Source of the DNA: Callorhinchus milii
Lineage: Eukaryota
Direction of reading: 5' to 3'
NCBI RefSeq assembly: GCF_018977255.1
Contig: NW_024704742.1
Coordinates: 21,640,001 to 21,704,000 of the forward strand
DNA length: 64,000 nt
Part shown: positions 48,203 to 60,737 of the stretch, in pieces
How positions within the stretch are numbered: the stretch's first letter is position 1
Layout of the letters: every line of letters starts with the position of its first letter
Translations under genes and position numbers: made by a program
The notes under the pieces: generated by a model
Told to the model about the DNA's origin: nothing
Databases searched by the model: none
Seen by the model: only the letters and a program-made list of their open reading frames with translations

Positions 48203-48530
48203 GGAGTCCTGTAGCTCAGTGGTTAGAGCACTCGCTTTGCAAGCGAGAGACCTGAGTTCAATTCCAGGCAGAGGGCGAAACCTTGGGCAAGTTTCCTTAC
48301 TCCACACAGAGCCTAATAATAATCCCTCCAAAACCAAAAACAATAATAAATTGGTCATTTTCAATCTACGACTGTCTGTGGGACATTGCTGTGCGCAATT
48401 GGCTGCCGCGTTCGCCCACAAATATACAGTCAATTCACTTTATAGTGTGTTCTGTGAAGCGCTTTGGGACGTCCTCCCGACGTGAAAAGCGCTATATCAA
48501 ATGCAAGGATTATTATTATTATTATTATTA
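48203..48530 (+). mobile_element. Young tRNA-Ala-headed CORE-like SINE
   Basis: A-box tagctcagtgg, TGC anticodon-like loop, B-box gagttcaattcc, (TAT)n tail. Confidence 0.9.
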
Positions 48531-50199
48531 CTGTACAAACATCAATGTATTGCTTGCACCAATATAATGTCCCATTCATTTTGGGGTTAAATTCCAATCA
48601 CGCTGTGTTCATCGCCTTTAATGATCCTGGCCTTTAAAAGGATTTCCCATTATAGTTGCACATTACCAAAGGTGTTGCATGTAACACTGAACATCTGTTC
48701 TTATATCTTGGCTATAGTATTGGCTATTGTTTTATCCTTCCCCTTTATAATCATTCTGAAGCTAAAATCTTCAGCTATTAATTGGAAGTGTAGTCAGTTC
48801 CAATTCAGCCTCTCTTTATCCTAAGGAAAACAGTGGCTTTTTTCTGATTGCATGGTTTGTGAACTGTTAGTTACCGCATCTTCTGTTTGTAAATTTATGG
48901 AGTTCAGATGTGAGTTGTAAATGTGATACGTTTCATAACAGAACTTATAACTTATAACAGAAGTGGGGGTTCCAATCGACCCTGAACAGCTTCACCTGTA
49001 GAGTTCAGTTGTTGTTCCTGAATTCAGTGATAGTTACACACTTGGCCTCCATCAATAATATTGCACAGCAGTTTAGTTGGAAAGTGTTCTGTAGCTAACA
49101 GCTGTAGCTTCTCTTTATTGGGCAAAGTAGCAGATGCTCCTTTGCAGCTGGATGTATCCTTTTCCAGCCCTCAAGGACTGTTTTCCTTTACAAGAGCCTA
49201 ACACTGAATCTTCTAGAGACTATTTAATATGTCAACAAGTCGAAAAATTATTTCCTACCAAGAGAGTTTTTTTTTCCCCTTTGTGGTTTTCTCAGCTTTA
49301 AGAGTATGGGTTATCTTGGCTCCGTGCAAATATTAACAAGTGGCTTGTAAGCATACTACATATTTCCAGCTATTCAAGATGATAGGATTTTTCAATGGGC
49401 TGTTTAGCATACTCCTACATGCGATTCTAGTAGAATCTTGTATATCTATGGGTTTGTCAGTTGTGTTATAATGTCCTTGTTGCAAATAGCACCAGGCTTT
49501 CTGGCAATGACATGTTTAGGGTTTGCAACAGCAGTTTTCCTCTCCTCAGTTTATGCATCAGAAGGGTTCTATCCTGCCCAATGCTGCCCTAACAATGGAG
49601 ACAGTGTCGAGCTTGCCGTTGCCATACTATGGGTTTATTGTGATGCTTGCACTGTTGTTTTTGTACATGATTCTCCCATTCTGCAAACAGGCTTTGCTGA
49701 AGAGAGTGACAGCTTGCGTCTGGTTAGGAAATTGAAACATCTCACTTTTCTTCAATTACCTCAACAAATAATCTCAATAAATCTATCCGGTGCAGGATAG
49801 CTGTGGAGGATAGCTGTGCAGATGTCTGAGCCTTAATGGTGCAAAGCCAGGTTTTCTATAGAGGCACAGTTGAATCTGGTGCAGGCTATTGTGAAGTAGC
49901 CCACAAATATACGGTCAATTCGCTTTACAGTCTATTCTGTGAAGTGCTTTGAGACATCGAGAAGACGTGAAAAGTGCTATATCAAATGCAAGGATTATTA
50001 TTATTATTATAGGTACAGAGAAGACAGGGAAAGGAGGTCCATGGCTACACTGGAGAGAAGGGAGTTGTGGCAGGAGGTGAAAGGCTCAACTACAGTATTA
50101 ACTGAAGAAACATTCAATTGTCAAAACGTACAGAAAAAAAGCAGTCGCTTTCATTATCAACCCAAAAAAAAGCCAAGTCTAATCTATAAGAAATACTTA

Positions 50200-50630
50200 A
50201 ATAATAATAATCCTTGTGTTCGGTATAACGCTTTATCACGTCAGAAGAGCATCTCAAAGCGCTTCACATGATATACTGCGAATGAAGTGCTTGTATTTGT
50301 AGGCAAACATGGAGTACAATTGCTTACAGCAGAGGCCCATAAACAGCCATGAAATGAATGATCAATTTTATTTAGGGGATTATCAGCCAGGACACCAGGA
50401 GAAACTCGCTTCTCTTTTTGAATAGGGCCATGGGATCTTTCAACATTCACTTGAACAGACAGATAGTTTATTATCAAATACAATGATTATTATTGTTATT
50501 AAGGTCTCATCCAAAGGACACCACCTCCAACAATGTAAACCCCTCCCAGCACTGAATTGGAGTGTCATCTTAGACTATGTGAGTTCAAATCCCAACATGG
50601 GATTTAAACCCACAACCTCCTGACTCAGAG
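50200..50630 (-). mobile_element. Deu-domain SINE (interrupted)
   Basis: Reverse tail, gccatgggatcttt, reversed head cccacaacctcctgactcagag. Confidence 0.8.
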
Positions 50631-53600
50631 ACAATTTCACCCTCAAATATACAGTCAATTCACTTTAGAGTCCATTCTGTGAAGCGCTTTGAGATGTCTA
50701 GAAGACGTCTATATCAAATGCAAGGATTATATTATTATATTATAAGAGTGTTACTGCTGAGCCAAGCTAACACACTTGGATCCATCCAGCAGAAAAATTG
50801 AATCCTGAATTATTCTTTCTCACAAGTCTTTTTCTGGTTGTTTGGAGTTTGTAATTCCAATTTTGCAATCCATTAGCATTCCCCTGCGTTACCATTGGAT
50901 ATATGTTCTCCTCGCCCATTGGGATAGTGAAGCAACTGTTCGAGACCACATCATTCAGCATACAGTAAATTACTGCTATCTTCCCAACGTATTGTTTAGT
51001 TCTCCAGCAGACGCTAAATATTTCTTCGACAAGAAGCAGATTTTAAATCACTTCAGCAGGAGAAATAGTGGTGGAGGGGGTGGAGAGGTTCAGCGCAGAG
51101 TCCCAACCAGGGCGGGGTCAAAACATAAACCAAATATCGAAACAATAGTGACAATGTCAAGAATTAAAAATAACAGCAACAACATGATGTTATATAATAG
51201 TCCTACTTCTATCCTCCCTGTCCTTAAGCTCTCCTGCTTCTAACCCCCAGCTCGAGTGCAAATCCTTGACTATCCAGCGCCTTGGAACATCTTCTCGACA
51301 TGAAACGCACTGCGTAAATGTAATTTGTTGTAGTTGTTTAGTTTAAGTTTCTGTTTAGGCTTTAATTTTACCTCACACTAAAAGTTACAAGCATCTCAGA
51401 GGTATTTCTAAAACCTACCAGGAAAGGACATATTCCTCTGTGTTTTTTTAAGTGTTCTTTTAAGCATGTGAGTAAATTGTCGGAATCAAACTGTTTGGCT
51501 GGGAACACAAAAATCATTCACTTGTTATGGTCGTTGCTCGTAAATCATGGTTTACACCATTAGAATTGCTGAAGGATTGTAATTTTGTTCCCAATGAGTG
51601 TAGATATGTGTGGTCTTGGGATAGGTAGCAGCAGCTTTGGGAAGGGAATGAGTAGTAGTCTGGGAGATGAAAGTGGCAGCACATTCCGTGGGGATGGGAG
51701 TGGATGGGGATTGTGTGGGAAGAATTCTAATCAAGTCCAATTAGGATCAGAAGTTTTTCTGATGACAGCTACATCAAAACCACATTGGGCCTCTGTTTTT
51801 AATTTAAAATAAAACACATTTGTACAAGCCTATGAAAGGGGAAAAGAATCAAAGTGTTGTAGGACAAGATCATAGCTTTTCACATTACTGGAAAATTATA
51901 CCATCTGTCTCCACCCTTTCACAGAAAACATTGGGAATTGTTCTGCTTCGTGAGCTCCAGGTAGCGAATCTGCTGTGGGATAATTGTTATTCAGTTCATT
52001 ACATTTTGTGAATATGGCTCTACTCATTTAGAAATAACAACTGGGAAGCAATTGTACATTTCAAAGAACTTGTGATGGTAAATTATACATTTAAATTCAT
52101 ATTTTATCATAATAATATTTCTTGCAGTTCATGCAGTGCCTTTAAGCACCATCGAGACATCTCAGAGCACTTCACAGGATTTCACTGTGAAGTGTAGTGA
52201 CTGTAGATTTTGGAGGCGAAACGGGACAGCCGAGTTGCACACAACAGTGTCTCACAAACAATCCTGAAGTGAATGACCAAAATTGCATTGAGTTACTTTC
52301 TAAGTACACAAAGATAAATGTACTAAACCGACTGAATTTGTTAGCTGGGGTGGCAGGAGCCAGATAACCCCCCAATGCCACTCTTTAATTATTCCAAACA
52401 ACCATATCTTAAGTAGTTAATTTTTCTGCACATATTGAACCTATATTTTCCCTAAAACAAATCTTGAAGGTACTGAACCCTTTTTTAAAAAAATTATAAT
52501 TATTCCTTAATTTGCTCTGCCAAAAAACATTTGTCCTGTTTGTGTTTGATTTCATGCCAGCTGTTTGGTGTAAACTGTATTCAGTTTTAGTCTCTCCACT
52601 TGCCACTATTCCACTTTAAATTCAAAATAAATAGTACTGTATGTAACATGATTTTTGACACATAATGACAGATTACGAACCAAAAATTGCCTTAATCTAG
52701 ACTGAACCATTTGGTGCCAGTGTTTATACTCCACATAAGTTTCCAGCCATTCCTTAGGTATGTGTGTGTGTGTGTGTGTGTGTCTACAGTGGGATTGGCA
52801 TCGTTCAGAATTAGCAAACATAAACATCGCTTTTCTCCAGTCTCAGTAGCTGGAGTCTTAAGCATAGGAATTGGTTGCCGCACGTGGGTGACCAAAGCTA
52901 AATCTGCGTCTCATGTCAACATTTGTTTATTTTGCTATTTACGTTTGTTTTATCCCATTGTACGGGCTATGCCATGGAGTTGACACAGAAGATTAGTACA
53001 CGATTGAAAGGAACACAGAAAGAGTGCAATAAATATAACCTCTTGCAAAAGAAAATAGGGAGCGAAACAATGTGTTAAATGTTCCCATTTCCTGCTCAAC
53101 AATGGACTTGTAGACCTGTTTGAGTTTGAGCAGATAATATCTTTGTTGCCACCAAGACAGGTAATTCTGATATGATCTTTCTGAATGGTGATGGTAAGAT
53201 GGGTCAATAGAAAGGCTTCATTCAGTGTATAAACTGTCAGAACTAATGGGTTTGTCTCTTTCACTGCATCATTGCCATAAGTGCAAAATAGGGGTGATCA
53301 TTGCAAAAGAAAATATCAGGCTCTAATTTTCAGTACTTTGTGATGGGATTACATGATCAGGAACCCATGTCATGCAAATGGAGACTCCGTCTAGTAACTG
53401 GAGTACGTTGTGACGATCAACAGGAACTTTTAACACAATCCACATCCAGAACTGGGTTCCCGCGGAACAACAGGGATTTCCATGGGATTCTTTATTCAGG
53501 AATACATTAACAAATAATAAATTAGCATGCATAATCCTTGCAATTGATATAGCACCTTTCACATCAGAAAGAAATCTCAAAACGCTTCACAGGATTCACT

Positions 53601-54580
53601 GTAAAATGTAGTAACTGTATTTGTTTTTACAAGCAAACGTGGCAAATGTGACAAATTGGTGCTGTATAACGTTTACCTTCCCCACTGAAGGTCAGCTTTA
53701 CATATGAGAAATCAATATATCTTGGACACATACGGTATCAAGTTCATTTATTGAGGGTAGATCTTTACAAAACCAATTGCACCATGTCACCCTTTTCCAC
53801 AGCTCAGCTCGCAGTTTGATGATGTTGGACCTGAGAAGTAACCTTTATCCTTCACAAACTGAGCAGCATAAATATAAAGTTAGCAAGTGGTGCTTAATGT
53901 CATCTCACTTTTAAAACAAAGATAATTTCAATTCTTGACCATCTCTGCTGTCCAATAATAATGGTTAGACCCAGCTACTAATAAAAAAAGGCTATTAATT
54001 ATAGGAGGCAAAGGCAACACAGACCACCATAGATGTGCTAACTGATGTAGCTGTCTCCAGGGTAAAGAAAAGTTCATATACTAGACAATCAATTTAATTG
54101 TTTTTGGAGTGCATTGCCAAGACAGGGAGTTCATGGCTGACTCTGCGGTAAAGCTGAATGCTTTAAGAAATTCAACAGCAGGAAAAAGTGCTGCTAGCAC
54201 TGGTCTCATTTGTCTTCCTGAGACAGTAAAGCAAGTTAATAACCTAACAAAGAATTCTTCTTAGCGTTTAAACCTGTTTTCATGGAGATCCAGAGATTAC
54301 ACACACAAATCACTTCATAATGGTGCAATAAGAGGTTTTTGTGTACAATACAATGTCCAAGTCAATTGTGACGAATGCCTGGTCCCAACATGGAGAGTTG
54401 TTTAAAGAGAAATGTTTTAGAATCTTTTTGTGTGTTAGTCAAGGGGAGGGAAAAAAAGAAAACTTGAGTTTTGAAACAAATTATCCACATGAAAAAAGAC
54501 CCTCTCCACTGGGTTCCAGATGAAACAAAATGAGAACATATTTAACTCTACAATTCTTTGTGTTTTTCATTTAACTGCAG

Positions 54581-54732
54581 GGTGGAGATGAAAGAGGACT
54601 GTTAAGCCTTGCATTCCATCCCAAGTACAAGAGAAATGGAAAGCTCTATGTGTCTTATACCAGCAATCAAGAACCATGGGCCATTGGACCTCACGATCAC
54701 ATTCTTAGAGTGGTCGAGTACACAGTTTCCAG
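54581..54732 (+). CDS. HHIP: HHIP coding exon 5
   Basis: ctgcag|GGT; GGDERGLLSLAFHPKYKRNGKLYVSYTSNQEPWAIGPHDHILRVVEYTVSR; donor AG|GTACC; 152 nt. Confidence 0.98.
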
Positions 54733-56047
54733 GTACCCAATTAACAGTGTCAGACATTTCAGCTGCTGAATGCATTACGAGCATTTATCATTTAGCACAA
54801 TTCAGTACAACATTATCATCGCCTGTGCACCTCTGTTAAGTAACATATTGCCGCAATGTGTGCGAGCGCTGGTAGTCAGTGATTCTATTTTGCGCTTTCC
54901 TGAGACAGTGGCAACATTCGCTCTTTTTCTTTAAAATGTTATCCTTAAGTTTTAGACATGATACAAATAAAGCCTGCCACTTGGCTGGGGTTTAGCAGAT
55001 TCGATTAGATCTATTTCCTTGATTACAAAGTAATCTTTGGTAAAAGACAATTAGTTTGTATTAATTAATTTGGTATAAGTAATCTTTGGTATAAGATAGA
55101 ATGCACACCATTCTATCCCCCATAAATAAAGGGCTATCATATCTGTTAGCATGGCTTAGATTTTCATAATACCACAATAGTGGCCATACAAAACATTGGA
55201 GCATTCCATAGATGTTTAATCAAGTGCAACCTTTTAGCACAACAGTAGTAAAATGTTATATTCAAATGTTATGCAATGGATAACATGTAAAGTTTTATAT
55301 ATCTTAAATACAGTTTTGTGAAGCCTCAGAGCTTCTTACCATTTACAGAGTCACAGAATTTGATTGTTTCAAAGTTCTCCTGTTTTGGGCTTCCTCTCCT
55401 TCGTAGATTATAGTAGCTAACATTGCAATGTTGCAGAATAGCCTTCATGTCAATTCAAGTCAAAGTAAAATGTCTTTCCATTTAATAGGTTTTTTGAAAA
55501 ACGCTCTTGGATTCAAAGGAGCACTTAAACATTCAGTCACCATCCAGATCAAATTTTGAAATGAAGTGATTACAAAGAATTATCTCTGAAATCCTTTTGT
55601 CCGTTTGCATCCTTTTCTGTTGATCTTATTGCATATTTTTGTTCAGCCATTGAGTGCCAAGGAGGGCATGAAAGAAACTTGGAGGAGTGACTAAGCCTTG
55701 TCATGTGAGGGACGCAAATTAATCATTTGAGGTGTAAATGCTTAAGCTACTGTGAACTGGACAAATTTAATGCACCTCAGTCACACCATAGGCCTCTGGC
55801 TGTGTCAGTGTAATCAGCAATAACTTTTTAATTTTTTTTACAATACCAAAATTATCAACAGAAAGACAGATTGAAACTGGAAATTCTTTCAAGTTTCAGA
55901 CATTCACACTTTTAATATCAAATGTCTGATATTCATTTTATCTGGTCTACCAATAATAAACACTATGTCTTCAGGAGAATGCTGCATTTGAAATGTTAGG
56001 GGTAACAAAGATGTACTAAGAAGCGTATCATTGTAAATTGTACACAG

Positions 56048-56221
56048 GAAAAATGCAAATCAAGTGGATACGAGAACAGCAAAGGTATTGATTGAAGTGG
56101 CAGAGTTACACAGAAAGCACTTGGGTGGACAACTGTTGTTTGGGCCCGATGGTTTCTTGTACATCTTCCTCGGTGATGGAATGATTACCCTGGATGATAT
56201 GGAAGAGATGGATGGGTTAAG
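56048..56221 (+). CDS. HHIP: HHIP coding exon 6 (contains the Hedgehog-binding L2 loop)
   Basis: acacag|G; KNANQVDTRTAKVLIEVAELHRKHLGGQLLFGPDGFLYIFLGDGMITLDDMEEMDGLS; donor AG|GTAAA; 174 nt. Confidence 0.98.
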
Positions 56222-56324
56222 GTAAATGGATTAAAAAAAATGTGGATTACTTTGAGAAACTCTGTCAACACCTATGCACGTATGTTCATCAATGTCCATA
56301 GATATGTTCATCAATGACCCAGAG

Positions 56325-56708
56325 GATAGAGTTCAAAATCCTCATCCTTGGTTTCAAAGCCCTCCAGGGCCTTGCTCTCTCCCTATCTCTGTAACCTGCT
56401 AATTCCTTACCAACCAGTCCGCTGCCTCCACTCAGCGACTCTGGCCTGCTCCATGTCCTGTGCCCTGCATCCCCACCACCGGTGGTTGGGCCTTCAGCTT
56501 TTCTGCCTCACCCTTTGGAACTCCATCCCAGGGTCCCTTTGCCTTGCCCTCCCTCTTCGACCGCAACTTCGGTCACCCTCCTACCTCCCTGTCCCCCACC
56601 CCTCCTAATCCCAACCCCCACCTCGGGTGCAATTTCTTGATTGTCCAGTGCCGTGGGACATCTTCCTGACATGAAAAGAGCTATGCAAATGTAATTTGTT
56701 GTTGTTAT
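56325..56708 (+). mobile_element. L2 3' end fragment
   Basis: ttcaaaatcctcatccttggtttcaaagccctcc...ggccttcagc...ctttggaactcc; tail gtaatttgttgttgtt. Confidence 0.8.
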
Positions 56709-57913
56709 TATCCAAGGAGTTAGCTTAATTCATTAAAATTAAAATCAGATTGCATGATATTCACTCATTCTTTTTCGTTTCCTTTTCTTATGAGTTAGCT
56801 TGGCTCAGTTGGTAGTGCTCTTGGCTCTAAGTCAGAGGGTTCAGTGTTTGAGCCTCATTTCTGCAACTTTGCACTTGCAGTCCAGGTTGATACTCAAGTG
56901 CCTAACTTCCCGGGCGGGTGGCAGGTGAGGAGGGAGGGAACAAGGGAAGGGAAGTCTCCTTGAATCTGAAACAGAATCTACAGTGGCTAATTTCAAGCTC
57001 TGAGATCATGCCAGACAGGGTAGTACAGAATAATGAATAAATCTGCAGCAAAAATCAGTAACAGGCTGAGTAAACGTCAGCCGTGCACACAGGCAAAACT
57101 GTGCAAGAAATACACTCTTCCCATTTGTGAATATGAAACCATTCCAACAGATTCCAAATAGCAAGTACAGTCTGTGTGAGGCTGGGAGTGGACACACAGG
57201 GAGCTATTAAAGTGGAATGTCCTTAGAAAAACAGGTTGCTACAGAGGAAAGTTTGAAGCAGAGGACACAGCCTGGAATTAGACATGGAAATATTGGTGTA
57301 AAGTTACTACGAGGCAGTATGGAATGGTTGTAGATTAGACTTACCCTTTCCCCAGGAGCAACACCAGAGAATGTGCCAGTAAATTGAATGCAGACCACCA
57401 TTAACCTACCAGAGTGTAGGTGTTGCCCTGACTATACCCATTTTGTGTGATCCGTTTTTCAGTCAATGGCGCTGTGTTAAATGTCAGATGAGTGAGACCA
57501 CCCGAGATAAGTGGTCCTCTAGTTTTATTTTCCTTGTAGAGAAGCAAATCATTTGCATTGGATGCCAGAAATACCAATAGCCAAGTCCCTGTGGCATTCC
57601 CAACTAGAACTATGAACTATAAATCCCTGAGCAAAGAGCCTCTTATCCTTCTTCAAATACACAGGCCTATTTATGTCAAGCAAGAGGCAGTGTTCACATG
57701 GAGCAGGCTGTGTGGGTTGCAAAATTAACCTTCATTGAAAAAGCACAGGTCAGTTTGGGTTTACAGTTCAGATCACTGCTTTATGTTTGCTTATTAGCCC
57801 ACATTTAGATTGTAAATCAACTAGGGGTAAAAAAAATTCAGTCTTCGTTTACACAGCAATTATTTTTCCTCTGTATGTTTTTCTATCTAATACTTGCAAT
57901 GTAATCTCTCCAG

Positions 57914-58057
57914 TGATTTTACAGGCTCCATACTTCGAATTGATGTAGATACTGACTCCTGTAGTGCACCTTATGCAATCCCCCGAAGTAATCCTTACTT
58001 TAATAGTACCAATCAACCACCTGAAATATTTGCACATGGACTTCATAATCCAGGCAG
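57914..58057 (+). CDS. HHIP: HHIP coding exon 7
   Basis: ctccag|T; DFTGSILRIDVDTDSCSAPYAIPRSNPYFNSTNQPPEIFAHGLHNPGR; donor AG|GTACG; 144 nt. Confidence 0.98.
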
Positions 58058-58292
58058 GTACGTGTACGCTTAAGGATTCCTTGGATAAACGCAGGTTAGA
58101 ATGATTGCATATAAGATCCAATTTTCACTTCCTATTAGTATAAAATTTTGTCAATGCTCACGTAAATATAGAAGAACTTTGAGTCGATCTCCAGACGTGA
58201 AAGGCGCTATATATCAAATGCAAGGATTATTATTATTGTAAAGAACTGTTTTGAAAACATGCGTTAGGATGAAAGGGGAGAACAGCATTTCA

Positions 58293-58495
58293 GGAGTCCT
58301 GTATCTTAATGGTTAGAGTACTCGACTCACAAGCAAAAGGACCCGGGTTCGATTCCCGGGCAGGGCAAAACGTTGGGCAAGTTTCCTTACTTTCCTTATT
58401 CCACACGCCTCTGTTTCCCGAGCAGTAACTAGGAACCCGGTTGTTAGTCGATTGGTGGATCACTTTTCCGGGGGATAGTAATTCCGTCAAAAAAA
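58293..58495 (+). mobile_element. CORE-like SINE, 5' half
   Basis: ggagtcctgt...gggttcgattcccgggcagggc...ttgggcaagtttcc. Confidence 0.85.
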
Positions 58496-58504
58496 ATTTT
58501 AAAA

Positions 58505-58810
58505 ATCATATACTGTAAAGTGAATTGACTGTATATTTTGTGGGCGAAACACAGCAGCCAATTGCGCACAGCAGTGTCCCACAAACAGTCGTGGATTGAG
58601 TGACCAAATTATTTTTTTTAAAAACGGATTATTACCCCTCCTGGAAAAGCAATCCACCAATCGACCAACAACTGGTTTCCTACTTACTACTAGGTAAACA
58701 GAGGCGTGTGGAGTAAGGAAACTTGCCCAGTGTTTCTCTCTGCCCGGGAATCAAATCCAGGTCCTCTCGCTTGTGAGGCGAGTGCTCTAACCACTGAGCT
58801 ACAGGACTCC
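58505..58810 (-). mobile_element. CORE-like SINE lacking tail
   Basis: Ends ...ccactgagctacaggactcc (reversed head). Confidence 0.85.
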
Positions 58811-59116
58811 CTTTATAGTCCAGTTCAAATGGTCAATTTGAAGAAGGAACATTTACCTGGAAAATTTCTCCTGACTTTTAAAGGCAGGCAAAAGTGCTTG
58901 TGGAGAGAGTCAAGCCGCTACCAACACAAGAGCATTACTCAATACCCCACACTATACCACAATCTCTTGGTAGATGAGGCTCCCAGTCTGTAACTCCTGA
59001 GCCTGATGATTAATAAATGATTAAATCAAACCACCTTGTATTTTTCAGAAATGTTTGCTAAAGAAATTCTTCTCATTCACGAACATTTTTAATTCCACTG
59101 CTTTTCCCTTGTGTAG

Positions 59117-59238
59117 GTGCGCAGTGGATCAGTATCTCATAGACTCTAATGGCAATCTGACTATACTTTGTTCGGAGTCAAATACTCTAAATAAATCCTC
59201 AGGAAGAATAATCAAGATAACAAGGGGAAAAGACTATG
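59117..59238 (+). CDS. HHIP: HHIP coding exon 8
   Basis: gtgtag|G; CAVDQYLIDSNGNLTILCSESNTLNKSSGRIIKITRGKDY; donor G|GTAAT; 122 nt. Confidence 0.95.
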
Positions 59239-59497
59239 GTAATTGTGAATCCCAAAGCATATTTGTTTCAATACACATAAAATAAATGTCCAATGTATAT
59301 ACATATATATTATGCCAATTGTTTGAAGAGATTATGTTATTATGACGAGATTATATGTATTGGATATTATTTTTTTCTCCTCTTTGACATTACTACATTG
59401 TGTTTGGTATAATAAGTTCATCCGATATTTACAGTGCTCCTGTTCGCTATTGCTATATTTCTTTTTAGAAACTAACGCTGCGGTAGTTTTTTTGCAG

Positions 59498-59621
59498 AAA
59501 AGGAATCTCCAGTGGTTAAGTTTAAATCTTCTGGTCACAGTCCTTTAGTGGGTGGCTTTATATACAGAGGATGCCAATCAAGAAGGCTCTTTGGAAATTA
59601 CATCTTTGGAGACCGAAATGG
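59498..59621 (+). CDS. HHIP: HHIP coding exon 9
   Basis: tttgcag|AA; EKESPVVKFKSSGHSPLVGGFIYRGCQSRRLFGNYIFGDRNG; donor GG|GTATG; 124 nt. Confidence 0.95.
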
Positions 59622-60571
59622 GTATGTTCACAAATTTACTCACAAAAATTGATAGTTAAACATCATGCGCTAAAATTGAACTCAGTCTCATTTTCTGTGG
59701 GTTCTTTTTGGACTGCTTTGAGGCCATTACACATGATATTATAAAATTGTGTCAGATTATATCTGCTTACCACTGTCATTATAACATGTGCCTGGAATTA
59801 CTTCAAAATTCAGTCAGAATCAAGTCGATCCTCTCTGGCGGTCTCAGTAGACCAGTTCCTGGATCAGGCAGGTCTGCAGTACTCCAGAGCACATCATCAG
59901 CAGGATTTGGAAGGGCAGACAAGGAGAAGGGATTGTTGCCACTCCTCTTTATCGTACAAACCAAAGCCCTGAAGCTCCTTGGCTGGACAAAGAGCACAAT
60001 GTTTGCCAGACAGTGTTCTCAAATGCATGTTATGTAGTGTTAGCTAGTTAAACTTCAGCCATACCCTCAACACACATCTCAGTGTCCCCAAGCCTTAACT
60101 CTTACCAAACTGTGCCTTATAATTTCTAGAATTAGATAAGCAGTATGTGGCCCTTCCAGGAGAGAGTACTCATTCCATTCCAGACACAGGGAAATTTCCA
60201 TGTGTAGGTGGCATACATTTGTGGAACTCTCACTCTGGCTTGGATTCTCTTAAGACTGGTGATGGCCTTCTGCACGTCAGATCGGGCAAAACAAAAAAAA
60301 ATCTTTGGCAATGTCTCTATGGGAATGTCTGTAATATTATCGCTATGAAAGCCCATTCCGCCATGCCTCATAAAGTAGTGGGAGGTTTTGACAGTGCAGG
60401 AGGAACAGCAACTTTGATGTGTGAATGTTTAAGCTTTCTTCATTGCCCAGCATGCCTTTTCAATCGATTCCCTCTGTACCAGTATTTATATTTTATAAAT
60501 GCCTCCAGATTTGAGGTGTGCCTCCCAATTTGTTCAGGCAATTTGGGTAAGGTTGGTTTCCTATATTAACA

Positions 60572-60737
60572 AAATGCAAAATACTGCAGATGCTGGAAAT
60601 CTAAAACAACAGAAGTCGCTGGAAAAACTCAGCAGGTCAGGCAGCACCTATGGAGAAAGAAAAGTTTTTTTCCTTTCCTTTCTCCATAGATGCTGCCTGA
60701 CCTGCTGAGTGTTCCCAAAGACTTCTATTTTAGTTTC
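60572..60737. mobile_element. Penelope-like inverted terminal repeat pair
   Basis: actcagcaggtcaggcagca...tggagaaag / ctttctcca...tgctgcctgacctgctgagt. Confidence 0.7.

Noticed and set aside
48203..48275. tRNA-Ala(TGC) gene (also 17880-17951, 6840-6914)
   Set aside because: SINE heads: no proper acceptor stem, and continuous with SINE body and tail
32443..57504. One-mismatch GLI sites GACCACACA (32443) and GACCACCCG (57496)
   Set aside because: Isolated 8/9 matches are common by chance; the first runs into a CA repeat
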